Source of the DNA: Euglena gracilis
Lineage: Eukaryota
DNA length: 64,000 nucleotides
Reading direction: 5' to 3'
NCBI GenBank assembly: GCA_039621445.1
Contig: CP154954.1
Coordinates: 2,666,001-2,730,000, forward strand
Under the pieces are notes generated by a model. The model was not told the origin of the DNA. It saw only the letters and a list, made by a program, of their open reading frames with translations, and did no database searches. This document shows positions 1 to 13,680 of the stretch, in pieces. The position numbers and the translations under genes were made by a program. Numbering within the stretch: the first letter of the stretch is position 1; each line of letters begins with the position of its first letter.

Positions 1-859
1 TGTGCATTCAAACAATTTCTCGGTGCTTTGGTTTTGGCAAAGGTGTCGTCAAATGTCATTTTGAGCAACTCACAACTGACAAAACAATGGAAGAGCAGCC
101 AACCATGATTTGTATATAATTCATTGGAAATCCAACCAAATGTTTGGATTTTTTTTAGCAAATGGAATGACCTACTCCCCCAACATAAATCACCCTATAT
201 GAATACTAATTGTGTGTCTAGCCTGATTTACGCCGATTCCACTGGGCCATTCCAATGTAAAACAGGGTCTATCTGCCAGCAACAAAAAGAAATTTCAAGC
301 TGTGCCGAGTCATCAAATGGGCTCAGTATAATAGAATTCAAGCCCCTGCAATGCCCCATCTAACGATACCTGGTTTTTCTGGTAACTCGATGGCAAGCTC
401 AAATTGCAGACTGAAATTGAGGCCCTTAAGGCATCCAAATGGAACGGTATTTGACTTCCCCGTGACTCCACAGCTTGCCTGGGTGATGACCATTTCAAGG
501 AGCTCTGAGCTGATGGCACCATCAATCAGGGAAAGAGCTCAGCACTGCACAAAACTTGGTGAATTATTGGTTCAGCACATGGTGTGGTCATAGTGGCCCA
601 CTGCCTAGGAAGGTGATCTACCAGGGCCATATTTTCTTTACCTTACAGAAAACAAGCATTCACTTTGTTCATTGGTGAGCAGACTCGTCGCTAGCAAAAC
701 TAGAAATTTCTTGCGATGCGAGCACCCTGGAACAATATTTTTTGTAGCCTGTTGTACTACAGCAGATTTCTGGGGATGTCTGGGACGCCGGGGGGGGGGG
801 GGTGGGGGGGGGGGCTGGGGGGGGGGGGGATGCGGGCGAGACGCCATTTTTGGGACAGT

Positions 860-1035
860 GAAATTAGGAATTTGCCGCGAGAAAATTTTAGCCAAATTAG
901 GATTCTACCAAACAAATTAGGACAAACCCACCCCAAAGTAGGAATCACCCACCGCAAGTTAGGAATCACCCACACCAAATTAGGAATCACCAACCTCAAA
1001 TTTGCCTGAAATTAGGAATCAGCCTCCTAAAATTG
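860..1035 (+). repeat. Degenerate ~21-bp tandem repeat with AAATTAGGAATC core (also at ~3160-3200, 10255-10410, 11030-11060, 14625-14720)
   Basis: The motif recurs at roughly 21-bp spacing inside G-run-flanked repeat elements. Confidence 0.8.
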
Positions 1036-2854
1036 GCTGTCTCGAGAACAAAATTATGGTTTCAAAGTGGGACGCGGGGGGGGGGGGGGGGGGGGGGGGG
1101 AGACACCCCCTCTTGTGTGTGTTTCTCTGTGCTGTTTCTCTGTGCTCTGCAACCAAAAAAATTATTCACTGCTGCAAAGGAGTTCTGCTCCACGTTGACT
1201 TTTTCTTTTGTGCTTCGCCATGGCCACAACAGAAAAAAAATTTGCCACCTCCGTGTCTGCTGTGTGACAAAAAAATTGTAATCCTTGTCAACAACTGTTA
1301 AAACTTTGACAAAGACGAACAAATACAACCAGCCATTTTGTTCACGCCTGATTGTGTCCATCAACTTTGAGACGTTTTATTGCATCTGATGCTTTGGAGG
1401 AGTTGCCTTGCTGCACAATGACAAGACGAGAATGGAAACCATTTGCTGTGGCACCTTGCAGCGAACAATCAAAATAACAGAATTGCATTAATGAAGAATG
1501 AGGGAATCGTTTTAATCCATGGGTGGCCAGTGTTCACCAACCTTCGACAATCTATATGCGAATATTTGATATAATCCGCAAAATTAATCATGAATTTAAT
1601 CACTGTGACCTCAATGAAAATTCCATTTGGACACCCGAACTTTTTCCGACTTTGACCGCACCAAAATCATCCAAAAAAACTGTTTCCATAATAAAAATGT
1701 CACGACCGGCACTGAAAACACTGTTTCACTGAAAGCACTCTGGCCTTTCAGGCGGAAATTTAAGACCCTCCAGGTCTAATGCCAAAAAGGATTTTCACAT
1801 CTGGTGGCCATGTTGTTGTTCTGATCCTTGCCAACATCATCCACACGAAATCGGCTGAATTGCCGTTGTGAGTCTCAAAATTCATCCAACTCTGAATGGT
1901 CCCCAATTGAACATCTTGGATGGATATTGATGATAATAATCGCAACAACAAGTTGCAGCTTGGCCTTGCTGCTTGGTGATTGGGAGACATTCTAATTGGG
2001 AAACACCAGCCATCAGGGGGGGGGCATGCTATTTTCAATTGCTGATGACATTCATGGAGAAATGATCTTGATGACATTTCATGGATGGGTTGTAAACACA
2101 ACCATCCATGTGAACTGCACTTGAGGTATAGTATCACAATTGCGTCTTGTTTTGAGCCACCCATTTTCCATTGACGGTGCTCCCCCACCAGAGATGCAAT
2201 TTGACCCAATGGTGGTCCCCCAAGAGAGGTTCAATTTGACCCAAAGAAAAACATCTCAATTTATTATTTTCAAATTTGAGGTAGAGATGGGGTTTTGTGA
2301 CTTAGACGTCTTGCTCCATTGGAGGCTTGGGGGGGGAGGTCCGGACCCCCCCCCCCCCCGAAATTTGGGAAAAGGTGGTTCTGGCAACCCAACCAGACCG
2401 CCAAACCATGAGAGACTCACCAAAAACCCTAGAAGGGAGTCATGAAAATATTCCTATGAATTTTGTTTGAACACCTCTTCTTTTCCAGAAGTAAAAATAG
2501 AACAAAAAAAGGTTTTTGAACTTCTAGTGGGATGTCAAATTAGTAACTCTTCACTCTCTTGGTGCAACTGTCCTTTCCAAGGCAAATCAAGGATGGAATT
2601 GTCACAGCAAAGCCCATCCGGGGCGAGTTCCTATTATAATTGCAAGTATTGGTAAAGCAAGGGACACTTCATGTTGCAACGCAATGTCAAGCACTTGCTT
2701 GAAGGGCAGCAGGACTCCATTTTTTGAGTTTTTTGTGAACCTCAACTGGTTTTTCAAAAACAACCCAGAAGGACAAGGCAACATAGATGGTCTTCCTTAG
2801 GGACTTTGCATTATGCTTTGAATTTGTATAGACAAGCAGAATGGGGGTTCAAAC

Positions 2855-3511
2855 CAGGGTTGACGTTTTTTTTGTTTTTTTTAAAAGAAACAAAAAAACA
2901 TGTTTTTAAAAAAACGCAAAAAAAAACATGTTTTTTTTGAAAAAGCAAAAATTGACCTTTTTCCTTGCGAAATGACCATTTTTTGAAGAAAATTTTTCGC
3001 GGGTGGTTCGGGTCACGAGGGGGGGTCACGGGGGGGTCACAGGGGGGGGGGGGTCACGAGGGGGGGGCACATTTTCGGTGGCCAGATTAAAAATCACCGA
3101 AAACGAATTTTTGGAAAAAATCCTTTTTAGGCTCCAAAATAATAATCCCCCAAACGAAAATTAGGAAATCTACCGGAGTATTTTGTCAAAAATTAGGCAT
3201 CATCACCGGCCAAGTATTTCTGGAAAAAATGGTCTAAACGGGTCTTAAGTCGGGTTGGGGGAGGGGGGTCATGAGGGGAACACCCCCTGTGAATTTTTTT
3301 TCAAATGTGTGAAAGTATTTCCAAATCTGTGTCTTCTGGTGCGAAAAATCATGCTTTCAACCCAGAAAAATGAATGTTGTAGAGATAAAAAATGCACTTT
3401 TTCCCAAAAAAACATTGCAAAAAATTTTTCCCCCAAACCCTCCATGACGTTTTTTTTTGTTTTTTTTTAAAAAACACATATTTTTTTAAAAAAAACAAGC
3501 CGCCAACCTTG
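2855..3511. mobile_element. hAT-like MITE, family CAGGGTTGAC
   Basis: Termini CAGGGTTGAC...GCCAACCTTG; flanks GTTCAAAC/GTCCAAAC (8-bp TSD, one mismatch). Confidence 0.8.
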
Positions 3512-6088
3512 GTCCAAACCAGCCAGTTTTGAGGCGAGAGAAATGGAACATCAATTTTTTGGGTGAGAAAACTGGGGGACCTGTGCCTTCCCAAAACATC
3601 GTCGAATCATCCTGCCAATGCAAGCAGACGTTCTATTCTTTGAAAATGGCCAGACTTCGTCCATTTTAAAAAAAATGGGTCTGTAACATTCTGCAACGTT
3701 GTGTTACAATGTGTTTTTGCATTGTAAACACCAGCAAAACACTTTCTAAACATTTCGGGCTCAATCGGGTACTTTGGTGCGTTGTTTGTAGATTTCAATG
3801 TTGCAGGCAAACATCCACACCCCTACCCGCACCATACACCTCAACCCCGTTTGGTGAAACCAACATGGCGTATGTGGGTTTCAACAAATCGAATTTGCAG
3901 GTGCTTGGGAAAGGCTGGGTGGGGAATCAGATGTCCACTTTGGAAACGAAATGAACAATAATAACAAAAGGACCGCAAAAATCCACAAGAGCCACAAGGT
4001 TCGCATCCATCCAGAACTGAAAGGAACAAAGAATGACGCTCGACTGTTTGTTCACCGTTTGGAAATTCACCAGGGCACAGACTCCGTCCCCCACCCCATT
4101 TCATGGCCAACCAAACAATGAAATCCACCAGGGATAATAACAATAACAATAAAATTTGAGATTTCTCAGAAATTTATAAAGAGCCAAGCGAATTTTGCAT
4201 GAAGTCGATCAATTTCACAAACGACAAAATTTCACAATTTTTTTTGAAAAACATAAAAATTTTGTGGCCTCTCAACCTAAGCTCACTGGTGAACTTAGAC
4301 AAAGACAAATACCACTCCTTTGGCAATGCACAAGTTCTCACGAGGCGGTGGTCGCTTGGTGTTGAAGTAGGATTGCTTATTTCAACCTCCCCGAAATATG
4401 CCAAAAACCAATCCTTGGCCATAATTTAAAGACCTCAATTATTTTGAGCTTGAGATGATTATATTGAGTTGGTTGAGGTGGATTGGACGCCAGGGGGCTC
4501 TTTGCATACTTACAACGCTTTTGACGTTGGCCTTGCAATGAATGCCGGTGTAACAGCCAACTTCTCCATGGTTGATGTTGGTGAAACAACAACATGATGG
4601 AGTTGTTGGGGAAAAATTCTTTCTCAAGAAATGTAAGAAAAAATCATTTGAAAGAATAACTGGGACTGAAAATCGTCCAGTGCTTTTGGTTGTTGCTCCC
4701 CCCCTTGACCCACGAGCCCCCACCTCTCACGCACCCCGGCTCCCGGCTGCCCACCTCAGCCCAGATCGTCATAAACACAAGGGATGGCAGGAGGAAAACA
4801 AGAATGGCCCCATAAACAAAGAATGCATTTCCCCCTCGTTTTTCTCAGTTTCACCCCATACTTGCCAGAACACACCACCTTTTCTCTTCATGGAGTCCTG
4901 TCAAAAGCGGATTGGTGCCATTACCTTGGTGGCCCGGCGGCCCTCCCCACCACCTAAGCCCCACCTACAAGAAACCCGTTTCTTATAGGTGGGTTTCCCA
5001 AAAATGGCCCGAGGGGTTTCTTATAGGTGGGGGTTTCTTATTGGTGGGTTTCAATGTCCGAAAAATTTTGAGCCAACAAAAGGCCAAAAGTGGCCAAAAA
5101 CAGTCAAAAACTTCCTTTCGGCGCCGAAGAAAAATGGGGGGTTTCTTTTGTTCAAAGTTCCCCAGGAGGTTCGGCACGTCTGACGAGGACCCTCGGCCAC
5201 CAGGGGGGGGGGGGGGCATTTTGCCGGGCCGAGGGGGTCAGTCCCCCGGGGTCCACCATGGCGGGCAGCCGGAATTTCCCAAAGGAAATTCATTGGTATG
5301 GTTCGGCATGGTTGGCTGACCAGGGGGGGGGGGTCCCCATTTTGCTGTGCCGAGCGGGTCCGACCACCAGGGGGGGGGGGGATGGCTGCCGAACCTCCTG
5401 AGGCCCGAGATCACCAAGCCCGTCTCTCCGCTCGGGAAGGCACAGGGTGTTGTCTGCTCGCAGACATTGAATATAAAGCGTTTAAAACAGAAACATTTGC
5501 ACTTTTGATTAAAACACTGATATTTTATAGTTTCCCTCCCCTGCGTTAATCAAGCGGACAGAGGGCCGGCTTCGATCGGTACCATCCGTCAGACATGCGG
5601 GTTCGATCCCCGATAGTTCCGATAGTGGGCAAACAGATCGGTGGATCATCCCACCGTGCCCGACGGGTGAGCGCCGTAACCATGTGTTACGGTGGTTGCG
5701 ACCATGGCGGCTGTCTCTTTCTCTGGGGGGTCCCCCCCACTGCCCCCCCCCCCGGCCCCCATCTTCTTCTGACCGAGGGTGTTTGAAGACAAATTTTCTT
5801 GACGTGACCCCCCCCCCTATATGGCACACCCCAGGGAGCGTTTTGACCCCCTTGGCAACAATTAGGGGGGGGTGACAATTAGGGGTGGGGGTACTCAATT
5901 TATCCTACATGTCCATGGGTCCATGGGTACCCCCACCCCTGATTGTCGCCCCCAAGGGGGGGGGGCGACAATCAGGGGTGGGTGACAATGTCGTGGTCGT
6001 GGGTTCAATTCCTGCCTCGTCTTTTTAAGTCCAACTTTTGTTGGTAAAATAACTAACAAAAGCTGGTTAAAATTGGTTACAACTTCAC

Positions 6089-6159
6089 ACACATGGTGGG
6101 GATCGAACCCACGACCTCACGCTTCTGAGGTGCATGCTCTACCACTGAACTACATGCAT
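6089..6159 (-). pseudogene. Decayed tRNA-like sequence (tRNA pseudogene or SINE head), apparent anticodon CAG, short variable loop
   Basis: The A box (TAGTTCAGTGGTAGAGC) and T arm (GTGGGTTCGATCCCCAC) are intact. The stems contain many G-T pairs and a mismatch, consistent with CpG decay. Confidence 0.65.
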
Positions 6160-6220
6160 TGTTACTTAATAGGAACATTTTCCATTGTAACCTTTGTCTT
6201 GAACATTGGGATGTATGATG

Positions 6221-7704
6221 CAGCAGTGCAATTTTGGCAAATGACAAGGGTTTCTGACAGACATTTGACATTAATATGACATTTAGACATTTGTCAGCTG
6301 TCAAATATTCGCGTTTCTCATAAGGAATCGCCCGGCTTGAATTAATGTCCGCTCCCCAAACGGTAGCACTTTCTGAGTGTTTATTTTTTGACATATCACA
6401 TGGCCGGCAAAACAAAGCCCCTGGTGGGGTTCAATCATTCAATCAAGCTGGACGAGGAGAGCGACATGGAGAACAACCCAGAAGGCCCATGGTGAAAGCC
6501 CCTGGTGGGTTTCAAGATTTGATCTACCTCTACATGAAGTTTCCAGTTTCAAGTTGAAGCTGAGTGCAAGTCAAATCATCAAGTATCAAGCACAATGTCG
6601 GGAAACAAGTTACAAGGTACAAGGGAAGTCCTGTCCAAGGTGTGAATTGAAGTGGTGGACAGGGCTTATCATCCCCTTTTTGCAGATGCTGCAGAACTTC
6701 ACCATGCTGCGACATTTCTGGTTTGCTACCCGGCTTCTTGATCTGCTGGCTGCCTGGGCTTGGTGGCCCCATTGGCTTTTTTATGTCAACCTGATCATGT
6801 CCATGGATTGGATTTGGGCTGTGGACTGGATTAAAGCTGCGAACTGTCACTTGTTTATTTTCTGCTGCCTCAATGCATTGTGAACATTTTTGGGAAGGGG
6901 ATGTGATGATCTGAATGTTGGATCTTCCATCTGCAGTTTTTTTCCACAGTGGGGGACCAGTTTTGTTCAACTGGGTGGGGGGGGCAGTTTTGGGCCACAG
7001 TCATGGGCCACTTTGGGCCTGAGGCGTGCCACAATAAAGGCCACTTTTGGGTGCCACAGTTATCAGCCAGATGGGTGGCACAGTTATGGGCCAATTTTTG
7101 GCCACGGGTGGGGCCACAGTTTTGACCATCTGGGTGCCACAGTTTTGGCCCAATTTTTTTGGACACAGGTCGGGCCCACCTGGCCACCTAGGTGCCACAG
7201 TTATGGGCCATTTTTTGGCCACAGATGTGGGTCCCACAGATATTTTGTCCTGAACAGCCCCCCAGGCCCAGATTTTTTGTCCCGAATTGCCCGGCCCCTC
7301 CTTGGCCCAATTTTTTTTGTCCTGAATAACCCCCCCCCCCCGACCCAGATTTTTTGTCCCGGGTCGCCCCCCCCCCCCCCCCCCCTGGGCCCGGTTTTTT
7401 TGGGTCCCGAATAGCCCCCAGGCCAGTTTGTTTGTACGAGTTAGAGTTTGACCTTAAAATCAAAAACCACTACACTCCTTTCCGGAGAAGAACCATCGGC
7501 GTCCGGATGACTTGATCTCTACGCCGAAGTTGTTTTAAAACGAGCGGCACCCCTGGCCACGGGTAGCAAAAATGCTCTAATGGCCTCGACGCAATCCCGA
7601 TGACAAAAACCCCGTCAAAAACTCCCTGGATTTCTGACTGACAAGGATAAATGTCTGTAAAAAACCCCTGACAAATGTCCTCCTTTTTGACGACCGCACG
7701 GCTG
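6221..7704 (+). mobile_element. 1.5-kb non-autonomous TIR element, copy 1
   Basis: Termini CAGCAGTGC...GCACGGCTG; highly similar along its length to 17278-18956; flanks GTATGATG/GTCTGACA (decayed 8-bp TSD). Confidence 0.85.
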
Positions 7705-8089
7705 GTCTGACATGGTGAGATGTTGTCTTGTTTCTGTTGACCTGTTTTTGTGGACCGATTAATCTCCCTCCACCGAACACCGAACGATTCGATTAATCGG
7801 CAGCCACAAACGATTAGTCGATTAATGTGACATATAGGGGGGTCACGTTATATGGGTGGGGGGTTCGGGCTCACAATGTCTTTGTGCTTCACCCTCGCCT
7901 TCCTCCCTGGTCGGCTTGCCTTGAGGGAGTACGAAATGCGGACCCAGGGTGGCCCTCTCTACTGAAGCGAAAAATTTCCCGTCGGGGTAGCCGCAGACCC
8001 CCTTGATTGCATAAAAAACGACCTAAATACAAAATATTTTAATCTCTACAATAAAAAACGAGTTTTAAACGGCAAACAATTAAAAATAC

Positions 8090-10720
8090 CAGGCCATGTC
8101 TGTCCGCTCGTGAGAGGAAATCCAGGATGGCCGCCCATCTTGCTGGTTCTCTGGATACCTCTGGGTCCCGGATTCCAAGCCCCCCAGGCGGACTGGCAAC
8201 GAGGCTTATGCCCACTGTTTATAATCTAGTGGGCGGGCGGTGATGACGGGCATAGTGTCCCGAAGAAGGCTGGCGAAGGAATGGCACGGCACCTTGGCTC
8301 CCGAGAGGTGTGTGGTTCACAGCAAATCGTTCACTTAACGCATCCCAGTCGAACCTTTCACACCTGGCTCTGGCATCCGCGCGTTCGGAGTGCCCGTCTG
8401 CCACCCGGAAGGAAAGCTGGACTTCACCACTGTCCTTTGGGAGGAGCGCCTCTTGGCAGTCCGGAAAGCGTGCGACCTGCTGCAACTGCTGCTGTTGCCG
8501 CACCTACAGTTCACGGTGCTCAGACAATGTCTTGATGCCTATACACGCCCAACAAATGCGGGACCCCAGAGCTTACCACTCCCCCCCCCCTATTTGACCC
8601 CCCCTTAATTTGGGTCTGGGGAAGAAAAAATTTTAGGCACCGAAAAATTTTTTTGCCCTCTTTCTAAAGGAATTTTTGCCCCCCCCCCCTATTTGACCCC
8701 CCCTTATTTGAGCATTTGGGGGGTCCTTTGGCCCGTGGGTGTGCTCAAATAAAGGGGGGGAGTGGCACACTTTGTCAGGTTGAGTCCCACACCAATCTAT
8801 GGCCTCGTCCAGGATCAGCCTCACTGCCCTTTCAAGCTGTTCTGGCATGCCCATGATGTGGGCATCATCCAGGTGTCCCCCCAAATAATACCCCCCGGGT
8901 ATTATTTTTTTTGCCCGAAGTCCCGGCCCGAGGGGGGGTATTATTTGGAAGGGGTATTATTTTTCCAAAATTTCGAAATTTTTCTGATACGAAAACTGTG
9001 TCCAGAACGCCGGTTCGGGCTGCCGCCCGAACCGGCGTTCTGGAACACAGCTTCACGCCCGAACCGGCGTGAAGGACACCGCTGTTGAAACCGTGGATTA
9101 GGGGCTCTGGCTTCACGCCCGAACCGGCGTTCAAGGAATCCAGGCCAATTTCGGCTTAAATACCCATTTTTCGAACAATTTGGAGCATTTATGGGCTCCT
9201 TTGGGCGCATGGCCATGTCGATCGGCCATTCGAATTTTCACAGGTCTGCTGCCATGTTACCCATCGATCGAAAGCTGTTCTCAAGGGCTTTTGGCAAATG
9301 GCCATAGGATTCAGTTATCCATACAACGCTTATTTTCAGCGATCGTGCATTCCAAAATTTGACATCTTAATTTGTGAAATCCCACACCTCAGGTGCCATA
9401 CAGCATATCAATTGAAAGCTCTCGCCAAGACCTTTCATTTGGTACCCTCAGAACTCAGCTATACCGCAGAGCACTCTGAAAATCGGCGATCGCATTTTCC
9501 GACCCTGTTTGCAAAGTCGAAATTCCTATGTTTCACCAGCCATGTTGCCCATCGGTTGAAAGCTCTTCTCAGGGGCTTTCAGCAGATGGCCTTAGATTTC
9601 AGCCATGCTGCATGGTGTTCTATTTCAAAAATTCCCCAAACTTGGCCAAATGGAAATTGTTGCACAAAATACAATACCACCCCCCCCCCCCTCTATTTGT
9701 CCCCCCCCCTAATTGGCCAGAGCCCAGGTGGCCAATTAGGGGGGGGGGGTTACTCATTTCAAGGGAAAATGTCTTTATTTGGGTGTTTTAGGGGGTTCGC
9801 GACTGTAAAGGACGGGGTCCAGGTGGCCAATTAGGGGGGGGGTAGGGGTAACCCCCCCCTAATTGTCCCCCCTCCCTAATTGGCCAGAAGGGGGGTCCGG
9901 GCCGCCCGGAGGGCGGCCAAATAGAGGGGGGGGGGGGTGGTATCTGGCCAAATACCCCAAAAACTGCTCAGATGTGATTGCCACATGTCTACTAACCATT
10001 TTGAACACTTTTGACACTTTTATTTTGGTTCCCCTGGACGCCATCTTCCCGTTCTGGACGCCGGTTCGGTGCAAAAATTTCTGCGCCGAACCGGCGTCCA
10101 GAACGCCGGTTCGGGCGTGAAGCCAGAGCCCCAATACACGGTTTCAGAGTCCCGTGAACCCCTTTGGGGTCACTGGGGGTGGTTCGGGTCACGGGGGGGT
10201 CACCGGGGGGTCACGAGGGGGGGTCACGGGGGGAACACCATATTTTTGGTGGCAAAATTAGGAATCATCGAGCGGGGAAAAATTAAACAAATTAGGAATC
10301 GCCACACCTGAAATTAGGATTTTGACACCAAATTAGGAATCCAAGCTCAAATTTGAAAAATTTACACCTGAAAATTAGGAATCTGCCTGAGAATTTTCTT
10401 AAATTAGGCATCACCAGCAAAGAATTTTCCCCACAAAATTTCGCCAAAAACGGTCCTTGTTCAGGTCACGGGGGGTCACGGGGGGGGGTCACGGGGGTAA
10501 CACACACAATTTGTTGTCAGAGATTGTGATTTTTACCTACATTATCAGGTAAAAATCCGGGCATTCGGCCCAAAATTGGGGGGGGGTATTATTTCGGCGG
10601 CCAAAGTCGGACCCCAAGGGGGGGTATTATTTGGGGGGGGTATCATTTGGGGGGAGGGTTTACCTTGCAGCTTGTCCAGTTGTCCAGGAGGGACTGTATC
10701 CCGAGGGCAAACGCAGGTCA
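8090..10720 (-). mobile_element. Decayed CRE-like (RLE-class) non-LTR retrotransposon reverse-transcriptase fragment, interrupted by MITEs and internally inverted
   Basis: The pieces are AFALGIQSLLD (10690-10715, -), HLDDAHIMG...LERAVRLI (8766-8878, -), KLWGPA (8545-8575, -), GSGIRAFGVPV...LQFTVLRQCLDA (8340-8538, +) and VNDLL...QWA*ASLPVRLG/LGIRDP (8095-8335, -). They appear in the expected RT-thumb order. Confidence 0.75.
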
Positions 10721-11331
10721 CATCGACTGAGCTTTCAATTGGGTGATCCAGGCTTGCATTCCCAATTTTGACAAATGACAAGGGTTTCTGACAGACAATT
10801 GACATTAGTATGACATTCAAAAAACAGAAACCCTCCGCGCTAGGAATGGCCCATCCCACATTAATGTCCGCCCTCCTACAGGGCACCAATGTGGACACAA
10901 GTCCAAACGACCCATGAGTGGGACCACTTCACAGAATGGGGGTGTACCCCCCACCCCCCCCCCCCCGCACGACCCCCGCGACCCACACATGGAGGGTTTC
11001 CACATCCCAATAGGAGCAAAAATGGAACCTGATTAGGAATTGGCACCCAAAATTAGGAATCAAAATTGCCAAAAATGTGTGATAAATTCCTAATAGTTCT
11101 AAAAATAGGTGACATGTGACGTTGTATGTGAGGTCACACTAGTCACACGTGACCCATCAAAACTGTCACGTTCTCCCCGCGACCCCCCCGCGACCCCCCC
11201 ACGACCCGTACACCCCCAATGATGTTTGATGGGGGGTTGGTACGCCGTGGCGAGGGGGTCCAAATAGGGGGGGGGGGGGAGGGAAATGGCGTGGCGAGGG
11301 GGTCTCGGATGGGGGGAGAGGGGTGTACCAT

Positions 11332-11785
11332 CAGGGCGGGATTGAGGTTGAGGATTTCAAAAAAAGTTCAACCTCAATGTCAACGACCTCAACCTCAACC
11401 TCAACCTCAATGTTACCTCAATGTCCAAAATTCAAAAAAATGAACTCACAAAAAGCATGGATTGGACCACCTCCTCTTCTAAAACCTTTTCCAAAGGCAA
11501 TTTTGACAGCTTTTATGACAATTTACAACATATGTGGGTGGAAACAAGAAAAAATAGTGGGGTGCCGATTAAAAACTTGAAATAAGTGACCAATTGCCAA
11601 TTTTTGAAAAAATCCAGGTAATTTGCCTCTCTTTGTAACTCTTTTTCAATTCTCTTTGTTGTTGAGTCGTATTCCTTTGGATTTTCGCATTGAGGTGACA
11701 TTGAGGAAAGATGGAGGTTGGAAAACCTCAACCTCAACCTCAGCCTCAACCTCAACCTCAATACCTCAACCTCAATCCAGCCTTG
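11332..11785. mobile_element. MITE with 7-bp TSD and (CCTCAA)n subterminal repeats
   Basis: Termini CAGGGCGGGATTGAGG...CCTCAATCCAGCCTTG; TSD GTACCAT; the empty site is visible in the paralogous host repeat at ~21411-21430. Confidence 0.9.
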
Positions 11786-12194
11786 GTACCATGGTTGCAA
11801 AATCAAAAATGTAATAGGTGGCGTGGCGAGGGGGTCCGGCTGGGGGGGGGGGGAAATGGCGTGGCGAGCCCCTCGGAGGGGGGTGAGGGGGCGGGATGCA
11901 CCAACCCCCCGATGCTGTGATGATTGAGAAGACTTAAAGATATCAGAAGACACTGACTTCTCTCGGCATCCAGCGCTCCTCTGATACAAAGGTTTGCCAA
12001 ACAATGCTGTCAGGGAATGATCTTTTCTCTCTGCTTCAGATCACTGACAAGAATTTGTTGAAATCTATCAAGCAGGAGCGGCTGTCAGTAGCTGAGGCGC
12101 TGTTGCCGATGATTGTCACACACTTGTCGTCTCACAAAAGCTGAAGCATAAATTGCTGAGACTTCTGATTTGCTTTACAAAGATTTGAATAACT

Positions 12195-12530
12195 TTTTTG
12201 GTGCCACATCTTTGGGGCGGGTTTGGGCCAGATGTGGTGGACAGATGTGCTGGCCAGTTTTGGGCCAGCTCATCTGGCCAGTTTTGGGCAGGATGTGGTG
12301 GCCAGTTTTGGGCCAGATGTGCTGGCGAGTTTTGGGCAAGATGTGCTGGCGAGTTTTGGGCCACAGGTGGTGGCCAGTTTTGGGCCACAGGTGGTGGCTA
12401 GTTTTGGGTCATAGGTCGTGGGTGGTTTTGGGTCACAGGTCGTGGCCAGTTTTGGGCCACAGGTCATGGCTAGTTTTGGGCCACAGGTCGTGGCCAGCTT
12501 TGGGCCAGCTTTCGGCTACGGGTCGTGGCC
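12195..12530 (+). repeat. 21-bp minisatellite GGCCAGTTTTGGGCCACAGGT-like (related arrays at ~6945-7240 and 18200-18510)
   Basis: Direct tandem units visible in the sequence. Confidence 0.9.
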
Positions 12531-13367
12531 AGAAAAGGGCATACCCCCCCCCATATTGTCCCCCCCCCCATATTGTCCCTCGGCCCCGGCCGACGGGGCT
12601 TTTTTTTGGCTCGGCCAATAAAATTCCTTTGGTCAACCCAACTGTCGACTTCATAACCTGGGGGGGAGGGTGAAGAAGCCATTTTTCACTTTGCGCAGAA
12701 TCATTTTTTGTTGACCCGCAGAGTTTCCCCCAAACTCGGCTGGTCAAGAAAATGGGACATGGGAGGGGACATGGGGAATCAGTTTGTATTCAAACCATAC
12801 CATTGCTTAGCGACCCCCCGGGGGTCACTTTCCACTCCGCTCCGAAAAAACCAGTCAGTCACTTTTTCGGCCAAGCCAGTCAGTCACTTTACACCCCCCC
12901 CCCCAGGGGGTCAGCCACTCAGGAACACCAGTCACCTTTTGGCCTTTCAAGGCCATTTTTGGCCAAAATTTTCTCCGGTGCCTTTGGCGCCGGTTGGCCA
13001 CTCAACCACTTTTGGCCTACCCCACCCCCGGGGGGAGGGGGCCAAAAAACCAGTCAGTCACTCACCCCCGGGGGCAGGGGTGTAGAAAGTGGGGGTCGGG
13101 GGGCAGCCGCCCCCCCCCCCCCCCGGGATTTTGGAAAGAAATTTTTTTTGGCATTGCAAGTATGATATTTTCCTGTGCAATGACATGATCAATGGTTCAA
13201 AGGGCGTTACCATCTCGGCTGCCTTCGGCAGCCACCTTACCAGTTAAAATCACATTTCTAGAAAATGAAATTGCAAAATCCATTACCGTCTCGGCCGCCT
13301 TTGGCGGCTGAAATAAAGCCCTTGAGGCACCTCCTTTGATACTCATTGTTTCTTTGGGATTCTAGTT

Positions 13368-13680
13368 CAAGGTTGACGGCTTGTGTTTTTTTGAAACAAA
13401 AAAGCATTTTTTTTAAAAAAAACATGTTTTTTAAAAAAAAAAAAAAAAAAAAAACGTCATGGAGGGTTTGGGTGAATTTGGCCACCGAAAATGTGGTGTT
13501 CCCCTCTGACCCCCCCCCCCCCGTCACCCGAACCACCCCCGAAAAATTTTCCTCAAAAAATGGCGATTTTGCAAGGAAAAAGGTCAATTTTTGCTTTTTC
13601 AAAAAAACATGTTTTTTTGCTTTTTAAAAAAAAACATGTTTTTTTGTTTCTTTTATAACAAATAAAATACGTCAACCCTG
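13368..13680. mobile_element. hAT-like MITE, family CAGGGTTGAC
   Basis: Termini CAAGGTTGACG...CGTCAACCCTG; perfect 8-bp TSD TTCTAGTT. Confidence 0.9.

Noticed and set aside
400-620. In-frame TGA codons suggesting a reassigned genetic code
   Set aside because: Host exons have no internal TGA and one host gene ends in TGA; CGA-to-TGA decay explains them.
860-1035. Regularly spaced AAATTAGGAATC motifs resembling a CRISPR array (also 12195-12530 and 53954-54126)
   Set aside because: The units are too short, the spacers are related to each other, there are no cas genes and the context is eukaryotic. These are minisatellites.
1420-1490. QDENGNHLLWHLAA ankyrin-like peptide
   Set aside because: A single short match in a stop-broken frame; not supportable.
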